Source of the DNA: an uncultured delta proteobacterium
Lineage (GTDB): Bacteria; Myxococcota_A; Polyangia; Haliangiales; Haliangiaceae
DNA: 64,000 bases
Direction of reading: 5' to 3'
Assembly (NCBI GenBank): GCA_963848295.1
Contig: CAWKDB010000010.1
Coordinates: 4,576,001 to 4,640,000, forward strand
In this document: piece by piece, positions 59,770 to 64,000 of the stretch
How positions within the stretch are numbered: position 1 is the first letter of the stretch
Layout: the number at the start of each line of letters is the position of its first letter
Position numbers and translations under genes: made by a program
Notes under the pieces: model-generated
What the model was told of the DNA's origin: nothing
The model's database searches: none
What the model saw: only the letters and a program-made list of their open reading frames with translations

Positions 59770-61911
59770 CTACTTCTTCGCGGCCTCGGCTTTGGCCTTC
59801 GCCGCTTTCTGCAGCAGCTCCTCGGTGATGTTCGACGGCGTCTCCGCGTACTTCGCGAACTCCATCGTGAACTCCGCCTTGCCTTGGGTCGCCGAGCGCA
59901 GCGGGGTCGAGAACCCGAACATCTCGGCGAGCGGGACCTCGGCGTCGACGCGGGCGTTGCCGTCTTCTTCGGTCGAACCCATGACGATGCCGCGGCGCTG
60001 CATGATCAAGCCGAGGATGTTGCCGGAGAACTCCGCCGGGCCTTCGATCGACAGCTTCATGATCGGCTCGAGGATCTTCGGCGACGCGCGCGGGAAGAAG
60101 TCGCGGAACGCACCGCGCGCCGCTTCCTGGAACGCGATGTCGCTCGAATCGACCGCGTGTGACGCACCGTCGTTGATGACGACGCGCAGCCCGACGACCG
60201 GCACCCCGAGGCGCGGTGACTTCATGATCATGCTCTTGAAGCCCTTCTCGCACGACGGGATGAACTCGCGCGGAATCGATCCGCCCTTGATCGCATCCTC
60301 GAACTCGAAGTCGCCCTCGAACGGCTCGCAATAGCCGCCGACCTTGCCGTACTGGCCCGAGCCGCCGGTCTGCTTCTTGTGGGTGTACGTGAACTCGGTC
60401 TTCCTGCTGATCGTCTCGCGATACGCGACCTGCGGCGGCGAGGTGACGACCTCGGCCTTGTACTCGCGCTTCATGCGCTCGATGTAGACCTCGAGGTGGA
60501 GCTCACCCATGCCCGCGATGATCGTCTCGGCCGATTCCGGATCGACCCAGCACTTGAACGTCGGGTCTTCGCGGGTGAACCGGTTGAGCGCCTTGGACAT
60601 GTTGATCTCGGCGCCGGAGTCCTTCGCTTTGATCGCGACGGAGATCACCGGCGTCGGCACGAACATCGAGGTCATCGCCAGGTTGACGGTGCCGTCGGTG
60701 AACGTGTCGCCCGAGTTGCAGTCGACGCCGAAGATCGCGCAGATGTCTCCCGCGCCGGCGTTCGTGATCTCTTCCTTGTCGTCGGAGTGCATCCGGACGA
60801 GCCGGCCGACCTTGACCTTCTTGTAGTTGCGCGAGTTGACGACGAAGTCGTCCTTGTTGATCTGGCCCTGGTAGATCCGGACGTACGTCAGCTGGCCGTA
60901 GCGACCATCCTCGAGCTTGAACGCGAGCATGACGAGCGGCTTGGTCGGATCCGAATCGAGGATGACCGGCGCCTCTTCCTTGCCGAGATCGAGCGCGACG
61001 TTCTCGACATCGCGCGGGTCGGGCAAGTAGTTGCAGACGCCGTCGAGCAGCAGCTGGACGCCCTTGTTGCCGAGCGCCGAGCCGAGCATGACCGGCGTGC
61101 ACTTGAGCGCGATCGTCGAATCGCGCAGGCACTTGCGGAGCAAGTCCGGCGTGACCTTGTCTTCGAGGATCGCCTCGGCGAGCTCGTCGTTGACGAGCGA
61201 CAGGTTGTCGAGCATCTCGTCGCGCAGCTTCTGCGCCTGGTCGGCGAGGTCGGCCTGGATCGGGCCGCGCTCGATTGTCTCGCCGTTGTCGCCGTAGAAC
61301 TTGAACGACTGCATCTCGATCAGATCGACGACGCCTTCGAGCTTGTCCTCGAGGCCGATCGGCATCTGGATCATCACCGGGTGCAGCTTGAGCTTGTCGC
61401 GCAGCTGGTCGCGGACGCGGAACGGGTTCGCGCCGGTGCGGTCGAGCTTGTTGACGAACGCGATGCGCGGCACCTTGTAGCGGCGCATCTGGCGATCGAC
61501 CGTGTAGCTCTGCGATTGCACGCCGGCGACGCCGCACAGCACCATGATCGCGCCGTCGAGCACGCGCAGCGAGCGCTCGACCTCGATCGTGAAGTCGACG
61601 TGGCCGGGGGTGTCGATGATGTTGATGTGGTGCTGCGCCTTGATCGGGCTGCCGGGCACGCCCATCACGCCCTTGGCCTTCTCGCCCGGGGGCCACTGGC
61701 AGAACGTCGCGGCCGATTGGATCGTGATGCCGCGCTCGCGCTCGAGCTCCATCGAGTCCATCTTCGCGCCGACACCGTCCTTGCCCTTGACCTCGTGGAT
61801 CGCGTGGATCCGCGCGGTGTAATAGAGGATTCGCTCGGTCAGCGTGGTCTTGCCACTATCGATGTGAGCCGAGATTCCGATGTTGCGGACTTTGGACAGG
61901 TCGGTAAGCAC
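59770..61911 (-). CDS. fusA: Elongation factor G (stand-alone copy)
   Basis: [48 protein letters not shown]. Confidence 0.97.
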   Translation of the reverse strand: MLTDLSKVRNIGISAHIDSGKTTLTERILYYTARIHAIHEVKGKDGVGAKMDSMELERERGITIQSAATFCQWPPGEKAKGVMGVPGSPIKAQHHINIIDTPGHVDFTIEVERSLRVLDGAIMVLCGVAGVQSQSYTVDRQMRRYKVPRIAFVNKLDRTGANPFRVRDQLRDKLKLHPVMIQMPIGLEDKLEGVVDLIEMQSFKFYGDNGETIERGPIQADLADQAQKLRDEMLDNLSLVNDELAEAILEDKVTPDLLRKCLRDSTIALKCTPVMLGSALGNKGVQLLLDGVCNYLPDPRDVENVALDLGKEEAPVILDSDPTKPLVMLAFKLEDGRYGQLTYVRIYQGQINKDDFVVNSRNYKKVKVGRLVRMHSDDKEEITNAGAGDICAIFGVDCNSGDTFTDGTVNLAMTSMFVPTPVISVAIKAKDSGAEINMSKALNRFTREDPTFKCWVDPESAETIIAGMGELHLEVYIERMKREYKAEVVTSPPQVAYRETISRKTEFTYTHKKQTGGSGQYGKVGGYCEPFEGDFEFEDAIKGGSIPREFIPSCEKGFKSMIMKSPRLGVPVVGLRVVINDGASHAVDSSDIAFQEAARGAFRDFFPRASPKILEPIMKLSIEGPAEFSGNILGLIMQRRGIVMGSTEEDGNARVDAEVPLAEMFGFSTPLRSATQGKAEFTMEFAKYAETPSNITEELLQKAAKAKAEAAKK

Positions 61912-62106
61912 GAGACGTCTCCTAAAACCGGCTTCGAAAAAGCCGAAAAAGCGGATGGTGACTACCGTGTAAGCTCTCAAGAAGCAAGCGAAACCCGGCG
62001 ATTTGGGGAGTGTCATACCTCGGCGCCTCGGTGGCGACGATTGTCCCCGCATCCATGTCATAGCATTTCAAGCGGTTGGGCGAGCGGCCCTGCTAGCCTT
62101 GCGGAG

Positions 62107-63910
<1,804 letters not shown>

Positions 63911-64000
63911 AACCGGAACGTGTGACCGATCCCGCTGACGGTGCCGCCGCCTTGAAGTATCCCGTAGCTATGTCGCGAGTCCTCGCCGCCGCCGCCGCAC

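Overview
High-GC bacterial chromosomal segment, most likely Myxococcota (Kofleriaceae/Haliangium-like), judged from a MYXO-CTERM-type tail, Myxococcus Cys-rich repeats, a TIGR04551-like outer-membrane barrel, Ser/Thr kinases and many lipoproteins. There are about 55 densely packed CDS and I found no rRNA, tRNA, IS or CRISPR-cas. Routine genes include feoAB with a Fur-like box, pepQ, a stand-alone fusA, an FKBP PPIase, two ECF sigma modules and acyl-CoA enzymes. Highlights: (1) A 57-bp double-hairpin element sits in frame and in the same reading frame inside three unrelated genes. It encodes (G/R)TAPP(F/S)G..AG.GQ.(R/A)T and shows compensatory stem changes, like a Rickettsia-palindromic-element-type coding repeat. 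(2) A PHA island (about 41.4-53.2 kb) carries PhaR-type boxes. It links two class III-like PhaC, a minimal PhaE-like subunit, a phasin, PhaR, an acyl-CoA ligase and a carboxylate MFS to paralogous lipoproteins and a lipoprotein-hydrolase-(GS)n-beta-barrel fusion. (3) A translationally coupled operon contains a non-flagellar MotA/MotB-like pair, a degenerate M48-like membrane protein, Cys-rich exported proteins and an atypical Kbl/AONS-family enzyme. (4) A dispersed intergenic repeat, GGGGACGS-N7-TTTGTCAAC, always occurs in locus-specific pairs, and two such pairs flank an HNH gene. (5) A PP2C-HAMP/TonB receptor/TPR/solute-binding operon and an orphan PAAR plus mini-spike module are also present. 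Four +1 frameshifts in two genes suggest sequencing errors. All product calls come from reading motifs by eye, with no database searches.
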